Origin: Alphaproteobacteria bacterium
GTDB lineage: Bacteria > Pseudomonadota > Alphaproteobacteria > SP197
Assembly (NCBI GenBank): GCA_965207785.1
Contig: OZ242305.1
Location: forward strand, 342,133-406,132
Length of the DNA stretch: 64,000 nucleotides
Direction of reading: 5' to 3'
The notes beneath the pieces are model-generated. The model saw only the letters and a list, made by a program, of their open reading frames with translations. It was not told the DNA's origin and ran no database searches. How positions within the stretch are numbered: the first letter of the stretch is position 1; every line of letters starts with the position of its first letter. This document shows positions 36,193-46,023 of the stretch, one piece after another. The position numbers and the translations under genes were made by a program.

Positions 36193-37953
36193 TCACTGTG
36201 AATCGCCATCAGTCGCCGGACTCCTTCCGACACGCTCCCCGGGGCCGGTCGATACGGGCCTCAGGAAGTCGAGGTCGCAACCCTTGGTCCAGGGCAACAC
36301 ACTCGCTGAGTGAAGCGAGCGGTACCCGCGCGGGTGGGTGACGCCGGGCTTTCGCCAGGCGCGTCGCCGGCGTTCCAGCTCGTCGTCGCCGACCAGGAGG
36401 TCGATGGTGCCGGACGAGACGGAGAGCCGGATCCGGTCGCCGCTCTCCACCAGGGCCAAAGGGCCTCCAAGATGGGATTCAGGCGCGACGTGGAGAACGA
36501 TGGTGCCGAAGGCCGTGCCCGACATCCGGGCATCCGAGATGCGCACCATGTCGGTGACGCCCTCGGCGGCGAGCTTTCGCGGAATGGGAAGATAGCCTGC
36601 TTCGGGCATGCCCGAGGGGCTTGCCGGCCCTGCGTTCTGCAGGACGAGAACATCGTCCGCGCGGACGTCGAGATTGGGACTGTCTATTCTCGTTGCGAGA
36701 TCCTCGAGGGAGGAAAAGACCACCGCGCGGCCCTCGCTCTCGAGAAGGCGGGGTGTGGCGGCCGCCCGCTTGAGAAGGGCGCCGTCGGGCGCCAGGGATC
36801 CGTGAAGAATGACCAGTCCTCCCTGGTGATCCACGGGATCGTCGGACTTGCGGATGACGCGGTGATCGATCGGATCCGCGAGGGGATCTGCGAGCCGCGC
36901 GGCGAGCGCGCGTCCCGTGATATCGATGCAGCCTCCCTCGAGGCCGTCAGCAATCCCGCGCAGCACGCCGTCCAGGCCTCCGGCGGCATGGAAGTCCTCC
37001 ATGTAGCCCTCGCCGACAGGTTTGAGGTCGACGATGACGGGCGTCACGCGCGCCAGGTCATTGAAACGGCCGGGATCAAAGTCGATGCCGGCACGCCCGG
37101 CGATGGCGGCAAGGTGGATGACGGCATTCGTTGAACCGGAGACGGCCAGCAGGACCTGGAAGGCATTGTCGACCGACCGGGGCGTGATGAGCGTGGAGGG
37201 AGTGGGGCCGCCTTCAGTCGCCATGGTCACGGCAAGGGCGCCCGTCTCTTCGGCGGCCCGAAGACGATCGGCGTGAACCGCGGGTATCGCCGCCGTCCCC
37301 GAAAGCACGAACCCCAGGGTTTCCGCAACAAGCGCCATGCTCGACGCAGTTCCCATGACCGCGCAGGTTCCCGTGGTCACCGCAAGCCGGCCCTCGACCT
37401 GTTCGATCTCTTCGCGCTCGATCCTGCCGGCACGAAACTCTGCCCAGAAGCGCCGGCAGTCGGTGCAGGCGCCCAGGCGTTCGCCTCTGTGGCGTCCGGT
37501 CATCATCGGGCCGGCCACCACCAGGGCGGCGGGCTTGTCAGCCGACGCAGCGCCCATCAGGAGGGCCGGAACGGTCTTGTCGCATCCCCCCATGAGAACG
37601 ACACTGTCCATCGGCTGGGCGCGAATCATCTCTTCCACGGCCATGGCCATCAAATTGCGGTAGACCATCGAGGTGGGATGGAGGAACGCCTCTCCGAGAG
37701 AGATTGCGGGAAACGGCACCGGCAGGCCACCGGCGGCGGTCACGCCTCTGGCGACAGCTTCGACCATATCGCCAAAATGCCTGTGGCAGGGGTTGAAGCC
37801 GCTCTCGGTGTGACAGATGCCGACCACCGGACGGTCCAGCGATCGGCTGGTGAGGCCCGTGGACCGGGCGAAGGAACGGCGAAGAAACCGCGCAAACTCC
37901 TTATCGCCGTAGTCGGTAAGCCCGCCGTCCAGTCCTCTTGCCTTGCCCTTCAT
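36193..37953 (-). CDS. IlvD/Edd family dehydratase (sugar-acid dehydratase-like)
   Basis: GGCDKTVPA and Fe-S cysteine pattern. ATG 37953 lies 2 nt after the upstream stop. Confidence 0.85.
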   Translation of the reverse strand: MKGKARGLDGGLTDYGDKEFARFLRRSFARSTGLTSRSLDRPVVGICHTESGFNPCHRHFGDMVEAVARGVTAAGGLPVPFPAISLGEAFLHPTSMVYRNLMAMAVEEMIRAQPMDSVVLMGGCDKTVPALLMGAASADKPAALVVAGPMMTGRHRGERLGACTDCRRFWAEFRAGRIEREEIEQVEGRLAVTTGTCAVMGTASSMALVAETLGFVLSGTAAIPAVHADRLRAAEETGALAVTMATEGGPTPSTLITPRSVDNAFQVLLAVSGSTNAVIHLAAIAGRAGIDFDPGRFNDLARVTPVIVDLKPVGEGYMEDFHAAGGLDGVLRGIADGLEGGCIDITGRALAARLADPLADPIDHRVIRKSDDPVDHQGGLVILHGSLAPDGALLKRAAATPRLLESEGRAVVFSSLEDLATRIDSPNLDVRADDVLVLQNAGPASPSGMPEAGYLPIPRKLAAEGVTDMVRISDARMSGTAFGTIVLHVAPESHLGGPLALVESGDRIRLSVSSGTIDLLVGDDELERRRRAWRKPGVTHPRGYRSLHSASVLPWTKGCDLDFLRPVSTGPGERVGRSPATDGDSQ

Positions 37954-37955
37954 CG

Positions 37956-39815
37956 TCAGATCAGGGTGCCGGTCCAGGCTTTCTCGACGTCTTCGCACCA
38001 GTTGCCCACGTTCCACGCACCCCATGCTCCGAGACCCCCGAGGGGATTGCTGCCATAGTAGACGGGAACGTGAATGACGCTGAGCCCCTGCCAGGCATGA
38101 GCCTCTTGAAGTGCGTCCCGGAGACTCCCGGCGTTCCGGCCGCCATGAAGGGCCTTCACGCCACCGACTGCAGTCGCAAGGCCGACAAGGTCCACGCTGA
38201 CGTCATCGGCAGTGCGGTAGTCCCTGCCGTACTGCGCCTCCTGCAACTGGCTGATGGCGCCCATGCGTCGATTGTCGAGAATCAGGATGGTGCCGTGGAC
38301 GCCATGTTCGACGCCATCGACGAGGACCTGGGGATTCATCATGAAGGACCCGTCGCCGGTGATGGCGATGGCGTAGCGACCCTGATCGGCCAGCCCTCCG
38401 GCGAGCAGCGCGGAAACGGCGAATCCCATGTATGACGAACCGGACTCCGTGTAACTCTCGCCCACTTTCTCGTCCTCGACGACCTGGAAGCCGTTCGCCT
38501 GCACGTCGCCGGCATCGAAGAACTTGATGGCATCGATCTGCCGGGCGAACCGGTCGGCGACCCGGATGGCCTGGGGCTGGGTGAGAACGGGCTGCTTCCA
38601 GGCGCTGTCAAGGAGCGGCCCGCATGCATAGCGTTCCTCCCGGAATGTCCGCCACTCGGCCTTCCTTTCCGCACAGGCGCTCAGCCACTCGGACTCTCCG
38701 GGCCCGGGGGCGAGGCGTCGAGCGAGCCGGTCCATCACCGTCGCCGCATCTCCCGGAAGGGCCAGGGTGTTGTTGTAGTGGAGAACGTCGACGGGATCGG
38801 CGTTGATGTTGATGACCCTGCGAACCCCGGGCCAGCCGATGCCGGAACAGTCGCTCTGGCAGACGGCGCGGCTTGCGACAAAGACCGCAAGGTCCGCATT
38901 CGCCATGGCGAAGTTGCCGCTGATCGATCCCTTGGAACCCCCGACATGCATGTTGAGCGGGTGGTTTTCCGGCATGACTCCGGTCGAGCCCGGGGAAAGG
39001 ACGACCGCCGCTCCGGCCGCCTCTGCGAGGCGCCGGAGTGCGTCGCTGGCGCTGCGTGTGCCGCCGCCGGCCTTGATGGCAACGCGCCTGGCGTTCCTGA
39101 TCATGTCCGCCGCTTCCTCGATGAGGGTGTCGTCGGCGGGCGCCTGGGGCACGATCCGGGGCCGTCTTGGCAGGGCGTCGGGACGCACGGCCAGCGTGGC
39201 AGGCTGCGTGTTGAGCGGCAGGTTGAGGTAGAACGGTCCGGCCTTCCAGGGGTGAAAGACCGTCGCTGCTCCCCGCCGCAGCGCATCGCGCATCGCGCCC
39301 GGCGTGTGCAGCGTGTACGAAGCGCCCATCAGTGCGGTGATGCGCCCGAAGAGCCCCTGTTCGGGTTTCGGCACCTGTTGCATGTTGTACCCTTCACCGC
39401 GGGTCGTTTCGTCGCCATAGATGTGGTAGAGCCCGACGCCATTGGATGCGGCGGCAAGGGACCCGGCCATCGCCTGGAAGGCGCCCGGACCGATCGATGT
39501 CACCACGGCGGCCGTCTCACCGTAGACCCAGCGCAGCGCCGTGCCCGCATGGGCCATTTCGACCTCGTTGCGGAACTGGTATCCGCGGACCAGCCCGGCC
39601 TCCTCATAGACCCTGAGTGTCTCCGCGAGCTCCGTCGAACCATGTCCGAGGATCATCAGGTACTTGGTGACTCCCTGCCGCATCAGCCCCAGAACAAGCG
39701 CTTCGGTGAGCGGCAGGGTCACGGGCTCTGAGAGATGGCCGGCGCCGATGGCCTCTTCCAGCCCGCCAAGGGACGCCAGCCACGCTGCGCGCCCGCTCCT
39801 GGTGTCGGGGACCAT
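37956..39815 (-). CDS. thiamine pyrophosphate-dependent enzyme (acetolactate synthase/IolD-like)
   Basis: ITGDGSFMMNPQ TPP-binding motif and three-domain length. ATG 39815 lies 1 nt after the upstream stop. Confidence 0.85.
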   Translation of the reverse strand: MVPDTRSGRAAWLASLGGLEEAIGAGHLSEPVTLPLTEALVLGLMRQGVTKYLMILGHGSTELAETLRVYEEAGLVRGYQFRNEVEMAHAGTALRWVYGETAAVVTSIGPGAFQAMAGSLAAASNGVGLYHIYGDETTRGEGYNMQQVPKPEQGLFGRITALMGASYTLHTPGAMRDALRRGAATVFHPWKAGPFYLNLPLNTQPATLAVRPDALPRRPRIVPQAPADDTLIEEAADMIRNARRVAIKAGGGTRSASDALRRLAEAAGAAVVLSPGSTGVMPENHPLNMHVGGSKGSISGNFAMANADLAVFVASRAVCQSDCSGIGWPGVRRVININADPVDVLHYNNTLALPGDAATVMDRLARRLAPGPGESEWLSACAERKAEWRTFREERYACGPLLDSAWKQPVLTQPQAIRVADRFARQIDAIKFFDAGDVQANGFQVVEDEKVGESYTESGSSYMGFAVSALLAGGLADQGRYAIAITGDGSFMMNPQVLVDGVEHGVHGTILILDNRRMGAISQLQEAQYGRDYRTADDVSVDLVGLATAVGGVKALHGGRNAGSLRDALQEAHAWQGLSVIHVPVYYGSNPLGGLGAWGAWNVGNWCEDVEKAWTGTLI

Positions 39816-39816
39816 G

Positions 39817-40893
39817 TCAGGTTTCCGCATAACGCACGACACGGCCGGTCCGTGCCGATTCTTCTGCGGCAAGGGCGATTCGCAGCACGCTTCTGGCGTT
39901 CCGGGCGGTCAGCACCGGTGCGCCGCCTTCCTGCAGGCTGCTGAGGAATTGCCGGGTGGCGCGGGCGAAGCTGTCTTCCCATCGCGAGCAGGTCAGTTGA
40001 GAGGAGTCGAGTTCCCCGTTCCTGAAACACTGAACGGACGGCTGGTTGCCGATGCTCCCGTGCCCCCTGTTGATCCAGATGACGCCACTGGTTCCGGTGA
40101 TCTCGATCCGGTCGTCCTGGGGATACTGGCGCGTTTCGATCTCGAGGTCGGGAGAGTAGACGACCTCGAAACTGCCGATGCGCTGTTCATCGAAGCGCAG
40201 GGAGACAATCGACGGGGCATCCAGCAGGCTGCCGTCCCTGTGTCTGGTCCGGCCGATGAACGCATGGACCTCCTCGGGCTCACCCATGAAATGCCATGCC
40301 AGAGAGAACTTGTGGTGTCCGTCGTCGAAGATGAGCGGACCGCCCCCTGAAAGGTCCCGTCTTTGCCGCCAGGCCGTGGCCTCCGGAGGGACCTTCCAGG
40401 CGCCCTCGCCCTTGCCGGGATTCGATTTCATGCGGATGGCCAGCGGCCTGCCTATGGCGCCGTCACCGACAAGGGCGTCGGCGACCATGACCGGCTCATC
40501 GAACAGGATGTTCTCGAACACCCGGACCGGGCGATCGTGCGCCTCGGCCGCCTCGACCAGACAGTCGGCTTCCTCCATGGTGAGGCACATGGGTTTCTGG
40601 AGCGAGACGATCTTGCCGGCATCGATCGCTGCGAGCGCCAGCGGACAATGAAGATGGTGGGGAAGCAGAATCTCGACGAGATCCACGTCGTTGCGGGAAA
40701 GAAGGGCGCCTGGATCATCGGTCACCATGGCGTCATCGAGACCCCAGGCACGCGCTTTCGACAACGCCCGCTCCACGTTCGTGTCGCACAGGGCCGTGAT
40801 GCGGGCGGCCCTGCTGCCAAGATACCCGGCCGCATGAAGATCGGAGATCCGGCCCGTGCCGATGAAGCCGATTCGCACCGGTGCCCCGATCAT
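39817..40893 (-). CDS. Gfo/Idh/MocA family oxidoreductase
   Basis: VRIGFIGTGRISDLH Rossmann N-terminus. ATGA overlap with the iclR-like stop. Confidence 0.85.
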   Translation of the reverse strand: MIGAPVRIGFIGTGRISDLHAAGYLGSRAARITALCDTNVERALSKARAWGLDDAMVTDDPGALLSRNDVDLVEILLPHHLHCPLALAAIDAGKIVSLQKPMCLTMEEADCLVEAAEAHDRPVRVFENILFDEPVMVADALVGDGAIGRPLAIRMKSNPGKGEGAWKVPPEATAWRQRRDLSGGGPLIFDDGHHKFSLAWHFMGEPEEVHAFIGRTRHRDGSLLDAPSIVSLRFDEQRIGSFEVVYSPDLEIETRQYPQDDRIEITGTSGVIWINRGHGSIGNQPSVQCFRNGELDSSQLTCSRWEDSFARATRQFLSSLQEGGAPVLTARNARSVLRIALAAEESARTGRVVRYAET

Positions 40894-41615
40894 GGCGCGT
40901 TGTCTTCGGGAACGATGACGGTGGCTCTGACGAGCGCTCCGAATTCCTCCAGGCGGGCGTCGTCAATCCGTACCGATGGCCCGGATATGCCGAGAGCGGC
41001 GATCATGTCGCCGCGAATGTCGTAGACAGGACGGGCCACGCAGCGAATGCCTTCGGCAAACTCCTCGTTGTCGATGGCAAAGCCACGGGCCCGCGTCGCC
41101 GCGACGTCCCGCGCCAGAAGATGACGTTCGACGATCGTGCGATCGGTGTATCTCGACAGGACAGGCGGAATGGCGGCCTTGCCGAAGGCGAGGAAAGCCT
41201 TGCCAAGCGCCGTGCAATGGAGCGGCGAAAGCGCTCCGATCGGATGGTCGACCTTCAGCGGCAGCGTGGACTCCACCTTGTCGACGTACCAGACCCGGTG
41301 GTCGACAAGGACGGCAAGATGGGCGCACTCGCCCGTGGCAGCGACCAGGGATTCGAGTGCAGGACGGCACCGTTCCTTGCAGGCCACAACATCCGACAGG
41401 GTGTGCCGCCCTCCGCAACGGGCGGCCGGGGCATAGCGGCGCGTGCTGTCCTGGGTGGCCCAGCCGGCCGCCACGAGGGTCTTGAGAATATGCGAGGCGT
41501 TTGACTTGCGGACACCCAGTTCGTCGGCGATATGCGTCAGGCGCAAGGGCTCGTCGGCCTCCCTGAGCAGGTCGAGGGTCCTGAGGCCCCGTGAAAGCGA
41601 CTGCAAGACACGCAT
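40890..41615 (-). CDS. IclR family transcriptional regulator
   Basis: wHTH LRLTHIADELGVRKSNASHILKTL plus an IclR effector domain. ATG 41615 after GAGGAA. Confidence 0.85.
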   Translation of the reverse strand: MRVLQSLSRGLRTLDLLREADEPLRLTHIADELGVRKSNASHILKTLVAAGWATQDSTRRYAPAARCGGRHTLSDVVACKERCRPALESLVAATGECAHLAVLVDHRVWYVDKVESTLPLKVDHPIGALSPLHCTALGKAFLAFGKAAIPPVLSRYTDRTIVERHLLARDVAATRARGFAIDNEEFAEGIRCVARPVYDIRGDMIAALGISGPSVRIDDARLEEFGALVRATVIVPEDNAP

Positions 41616-41668
41616 CGGGTGTTTCCTCGCGAGAGGGTGCCACATACTGCACAGAATGTTCAACACTG

Positions 41669-41796
41669 TTGTACAAAACGACAATCTTCCCCACAAGATG
41701 CCCCCTGTTTACAGCATTGGCAACACTTCTCGTTGACAACTCCGCAGAGCGGCGCATGCTGTCCCGGCATTGGTAATGAATGTACAACATGTGCAA
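41669..41796. promoter_or_regulatory. divergent promoter/operator region with TGTACAA-type boxes
   Basis: 8-bp palindrome TTGTACAA (41669-41676) and TGTACAACATGTGCAA (41781-41796) in a locally AT-richer intergenic region between the iclR-like gene and the sugar SBP gene. Confidence 0.3.
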
Positions 41797-41818
41797 ATTG
41801 ACCGGGAGGGAACCTCCG

Positions 41819-43090
41819 ATGACATGTTTCAACAGACGTGCGCTGATCGCCTGCGTTGCCGGCGCGGTCATGGCGGCGACCGGGATTTCCGTGTCGGCCC
41901 AGGACAACGAGGTCACGATCACCCACTACTTTACCGGTGATCTCGGTCTCAAGGCGCTCAACGAGCAGATCGCCCGCTTCGAGGAGGCATCCGGTTACGT
42001 GATGCGCAACAGTCCGGTGGGTCACGAGGACTTCAAGACGGACATTCTCGTCAGGGCTTCCGGCAACAGTCTGCCGGATGTCTTCAGCTACTGGGCGGGA
42101 GCCAGGGTCCAGTTCGTGGTCGATTCGGGGAGTCTCACCCCCATTGACGACATGTGGGACCGGGAAGGCCTTGACGATGTCGTGGCAAAATCCATCGCCG
42201 ACAGCGCCACCCTCTATGACGGCGTGCGCTACCTGGTGCCGTTCAACTACCACTATGCCGGAATGTTCTACAACACGCAGGTGTTCGCCGACGCCGGGAT
42301 CACCGAGCTTCCCGGCACCTGGGACGAGTTTCTCGAAGTCGCCGAAACTCTCAAGAACGCCGGCGTGACGCCGATCGCACTGGGTTCCAAGTACCGCTGG
42401 CCGGCACAGTTCTGGTTCGACTACCTGCTCCTCGGAACGGCCGGGCCGGACTACCGTGCGGCGCTGATGAACGGTACGGCCAGCTACGACGATGACGAGG
42501 TGGCCCGGGCGATGGCGATGTGGAAGGAACTTGCCGACCGCGGGTACTTTGCCGCCAACGCCAATGCCGACACCTGGACCGACGCGTCGGACAGGGTTGC
42601 CCGCGGTGATGCCGCCATGACCCTCATGGGGACCTGGATCACCGGTTACTGGAACGACATCGGCCTCGTCCCAGGCGACGACTATGCGTTCTTTCCGTTT
42701 CCGGTGATCGACGATTCGGTTCCGGTTTCGGTGGTCGGACCGGTGGATGGATTCGTGGTCTCGGCACACGGGAGCAATCCCGAAGGAGGAAAGGCGTTCC
42801 TCGCGTTCATGATGTCCGACACCGACGTCCAGCTGGCGTGGACCAATGCGGTCGGCGCTGTTTCGGCCAATGTGAATGTCGATCCGGCGAACTACAACGA
42901 CGTGACACAGAACGTCATCGCCACCATTGGCGCATCGGACAACTTTGCCTTCAACTACGACCTTGCGACACCGCCGCCGGTGGCCGAGGTAGGGCTCTCC
43001 ATGTTCGCCGAGTTCATGGATGATCCCTCCAGGGTTGATGCTATTCTTGAGCAGGCGGCTTCGGACGCAGCTTCGGCCTTCACCCAGTGA
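41819..43090 (+). CDS. sugar ABC transporter substrate-binding protein (SBP family 1)
   Basis: Signal peptide MTCFNRRALIACVAGAVMAATGISVSAQ. ATG 41819 after GGGAGGG. Confidence 0.85.
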   Translation: MTCFNRRALIACVAGAVMAATGISVSAQDNEVTITHYFTGDLGLKALNEQIARFEEASGYVMRNSPVGHEDFKTDILVRASGNSLPDVFSYWAGARVQFVVDSGSLTPIDDMWDREGLDDVVAKSIADSATLYDGVRYLVPFNYHYAGMFYNTQVFADAGITELPGTWDEFLEVAETLKNAGVTPIALGSKYRWPAQFWFDYLLLGTAGPDYRAALMNGTASYDDDEVARAMAMWKELADRGYFAANANADTWTDASDRVARGDAAMTLMGTWITGYWNDIGLVPGDDYAFFPFPVIDDSVPVSVVGPVDGFVVSAHGSNPEGGKAFLAFMMSDTDVQLAWTNAVGAVSANVNVDPANYNDVTQNVIATIGASDNFAFNYDLATPPPVAEVGLSMFAEFMDDPSRVDAILEQAASDAASAFTQ

Positions 43091-43103
43091 CGGCGTGAAG
43101 GGC

Positions 43104-43135
43104 AGGGCCGTGCCGCCCCCTGGCGGCACGGCCCT
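43104..43135 (+). terminator. perfect 14-bp intercistronic stem-loop after the SBP gene
   Basis: AGGGCCGTGCCGCC (43104-43117) pairs with GGCGGCACGGCCCT (43122-43135), 4-nt loop, no U tract. Confidence 0.45.
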
Positions 43136-43156
43136 CTGTAACCGGCGGAGGAGCGG

Positions 43157-44038
43157 ATGGAGCGCGAGAACCGGTTCTGGCGTGTTGTCCTGCTCGTTCT
43201 TCCGCTCTCGGTCTTCGCGGTCTTCGTCGTATGGCCGCTTTTCAGTTCATTCTGGTACAGCTTCACCGACTGGAACGGATTCGATCCGAACTACGCCTTC
43301 GTCGGACTCGACAACTACGCGAGGATCTGGACGGACCGGCTGTTCTACGGGGCGATCATCAACACCGCCTTGTGGATGGTGGCCGCCATCTTGTTGCCGA
43401 CACTCCTCGGTCTTGCCCTGGCGCTCCTCCTCGACCGGCAGATTCGCGGCGCCCGGATCTTCAAGACCATCTTCTATCTGCCGATCTGCCTTTCGGCCAT
43501 CGTCGTCGGCCAGATATGGACCTGGATCTATCAGCCCGACTGGGGTCTTCTCAACGCGGTCATCTCGTTCGTCGCCGGTGAGCCGTTCACGCACGCCTGG
43601 CTCGCCAGGCCCGGCAGCGCCCTGTGGTCGGTTATCGTCGCCTGGTCATGGCAACAGACCGGACTATCCATGGTCATCTATCTTGCCGGGTTGACGGCGA
43701 TACCCTCTGACCTGCTCGAGGTCTGTGACATCGAGGGGGCCACGGCATGGCAGCGCATCCGGCGTGTCGTCGTTCCTCTCCTGATTCCCTCGACGATCGT
43801 GGTCATTGCGCTGTCGATCATCAACTCGCTCAAGGGGTTCGACATTCTCTACATCATGACGGGCGGCGGACCGTTTCATTCCTCCGATACGCTCGCCATG
43901 CACATGTACAACGAGAGTTTCAAGAAGTACCTGATGGGCTACGGCAGCGCCATATCGGTCGTTCTCTTCCTCATCGCTCTCGTCATCATCGGATTCTATT
44001 TCCGGCAGTTGAAGAGGCTCGATGAGATCTATGGCTGA
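43157..44038 (+). CDS. sugar ABC transporter permease (MalF/UgpA-like)
   Basis: 6 TM with EAA-loop region (CDIEGATAWQRIRRVVVPL). Confidence 0.85.
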   Translation: MERENRFWRVVLLVLPLSVFAVFVVWPLFSSFWYSFTDWNGFDPNYAFVGLDNYARIWTDRLFYGAIINTALWMVAAILLPTLLGLALALLLDRQIRGARIFKTIFYLPICLSAIVVGQIWTWIYQPDWGLLNAVISFVAGEPFTHAWLARPGSALWSVIVAWSWQQTGLSMVIYLAGLTAIPSDLLEVCDIEGATAWQRIRRVVVPLLIPSTIVVIALSIINSLKGFDILYIMTGGGPFHSSDTLAMHMYNESFKKYLMGYGSAISVVLFLIALVIIGFYFRQLKRLDEIYG

Positions 44039-44876
44039 TCGCCCGACGCTTCATGTCACGCCGTGGACAGCGGCCCTCATCGCGATTCTGGTGATGCTGG
44101 CGGTGCTGTTCCTCACGCCGACCGTCGGTGTGCTGCTGTCGTCGATCAAGACGACACGAGCCATTGCGATGGGGGACCTGTGGTCGATCCCCGGCGAACT
44201 CTTTCTCGGAAACTACGCCGAGGTCCTCTCAAGTCCCGCCGTTCACCGCTACTTCGTCAACACCCTGATCGTGACCGTGCCGGCAACCGTGGCGTCGACC
44301 GCACTTGGCGTCCTTGCAGGCTATGTCTTTGCCAAGCTGCCGTTCCGCGGTGGCGGCATCCTCTTCCTTGCCATTGTGGCGGGCATGTTCTTTCCGCCCC
44401 AGGTCATCCTGGTGCCGCTGTTCAGACTGTTCAATGGCGTCGGTCTCATCGACACGCTGTGGCCGATATTCCTCGTCCACACGGCGCTGGGCATTCCCAT
44501 CTGCACGCTCCTGATGAGGAACTTCTTTGCCACCGTGCCCGATGCCCTGAGAGAGGCGGCCATCCTCGAAGGCGCCAGCGAATGGCAGGTTCTGACGAGG
44601 GTGGCCATTCCGCTGGGTTTGCCGGCACTGGCGGTCCTTGCCACCCTGCAGTTCACGTGGATCTGGAACGACTTTCTCTGGCCCCTGATCTTCACCCAGT
44701 CCGACGAGAAGCGCACCATCATGATCGGAATCGTCAATCTCAGGGGACAGTACACGGTCGCCTGGGGCGTGCAGGGGGCGCTCTCCCTGATTGCCAGCCT
44801 GCCAACCCTCGTGATCTTCCTCTTCTTCCAGCGCTACTTCATCAAGGGCATGACCATGGGAGCCGTCAAGGGGTAG
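44022..44876 (+). CDS. sugar ABC transporter permease (MalG/UgpE-like)
   Basis: 6 TM with EAA loop (EAAILEGASEWQVLTRVAIPL). Confidence 0.85.
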   Translation: MRSMADRPTLHVTPWTAALIAILVMLAVLFLTPTVGVLLSSIKTTRAIAMGDLWSIPGELFLGNYAEVLSSPAVHRYFVNTLIVTVPATVASTALGVLAGYVFAKLPFRGGGILFLAIVAGMFFPPQVILVPLFRLFNGVGLIDTLWPIFLVHTALGIPICTLLMRNFFATVPDALREAAILEGASEWQVLTRVAIPLGLPALAVLATLQFTWIWNDFLWPLIFTQSDEKRTIMIGIVNLRGQYTVAWGVQGALSLIASLPTLVIFLFFQRYFIKGMTMGAVKG

Positions 44877-44878
44877 GG

Positions 44879-45911
44879 ATGGCGCGCGTCACGCTGGAGA
44901 ACATCCGCAAGTCATTCGGCAACGTCGAGGTCATCCGGGACGTCTCGCTCGATATCACAAGGGGCGAATTCATGGTCTTTCGTCGGCCCTTCGGGTTGCG
45001 GCAAGTCGACCATGCTGCGCCTGATCTCGGGCCTCGAGGACGTCAGCGGCGGCACGATCATGATCGGCGGACGCGATGTGACCGGCGTTGCTCCCTCGAA
45101 GCGGCGCCTTGCCATGGTCTTCCAGTCCTATGCCCTCTTCCCGCACCTTGACGTCGCCGGCAACATCGGTTTCGGGCTCTCGCTTGGCCGAACGCCGGCC
45201 GCAGAGATCGAGCAGCGGGTGAGGGACGTGGCCGGGAGGCTGGGCATCGCAGACCTGCTCACCCGCATGCCCCGGCAGCTGTCGGGCGGGGAGCGTCAGC
45301 GCGTCGCCATCGGACGGGCGATCATCCGCGATCCGGAGGTGTTCCTGTTCGACGAGCCGCTCTCCAACCTCGATGCGGCGCTGCGCGTGCGCATGCGCCT
45401 CGAGATTGCCCGGCTCCACAAGGCACTCGATGGCGTGACCATGATCTACGTTACCCACGACCAGACCGAGGCGATGACCCTTGCCGACCGCATCGCCGTC
45501 ATCAACCAGGGCAGGATCGAGCAGGTCGGTACGCCGATGGAGCTCTACCACCATCCGGCCAACACTTTCGTCGCCGGGTTCATTGGAGCGCCAGCGATGA
45601 ACTTTCTCGATGGAAGCGTGGACGAGAGCGGCGCGGTCACCTTCGCGGGCATCACGATCATGCCTCGACAGCCGGTCAGCCACCGGGGCAGGGCGACCAT
45701 CGGGATACGCCCGGAATCACTCAGGCTTGCAGGGACCGGAGAGGCGGATCTCGTCGCCCGCCTCGATCACGTCGAACCGCTCGGCGCCGAGACGCTCCTT
45801 CATTTCGACACGCCTCTGACCGTCCGGGTCAACGACGCGGTTCCGGCATCAGAGGGCGACACCCTCGGCCTCGTCGTCGACAGAACGCGGATCCATGTCT
45901 TTCCGCCATGA
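44879..45911 (+). pseudogene. MalK/UgpC-like ABC ATPase interrupted by a 1-nt frameshift just before Walker A
   Basis: Frame A reads MARVTLENIRKSFGNVEVIRDVSLDITRGEFMVF up to 44980. Frame B from 44982 reads VGPSGCGKSTMLRLISGLE... to 45911. The observed GTC TTT C GTC GGC would be restored by deleting one T/C at 44978-44981. Confidence 0.7.
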
Positions 45912-46023
45912 CCTCCTGTCACCGGGCTTATCCCGGCAGGCCATGGTGGCAATGGCTCAAGCGATGACGTCGGCGAATCCTTGCCACGATGCCTTGACAC
46001 CCCGATTTCACCTGTGCTGGCGG

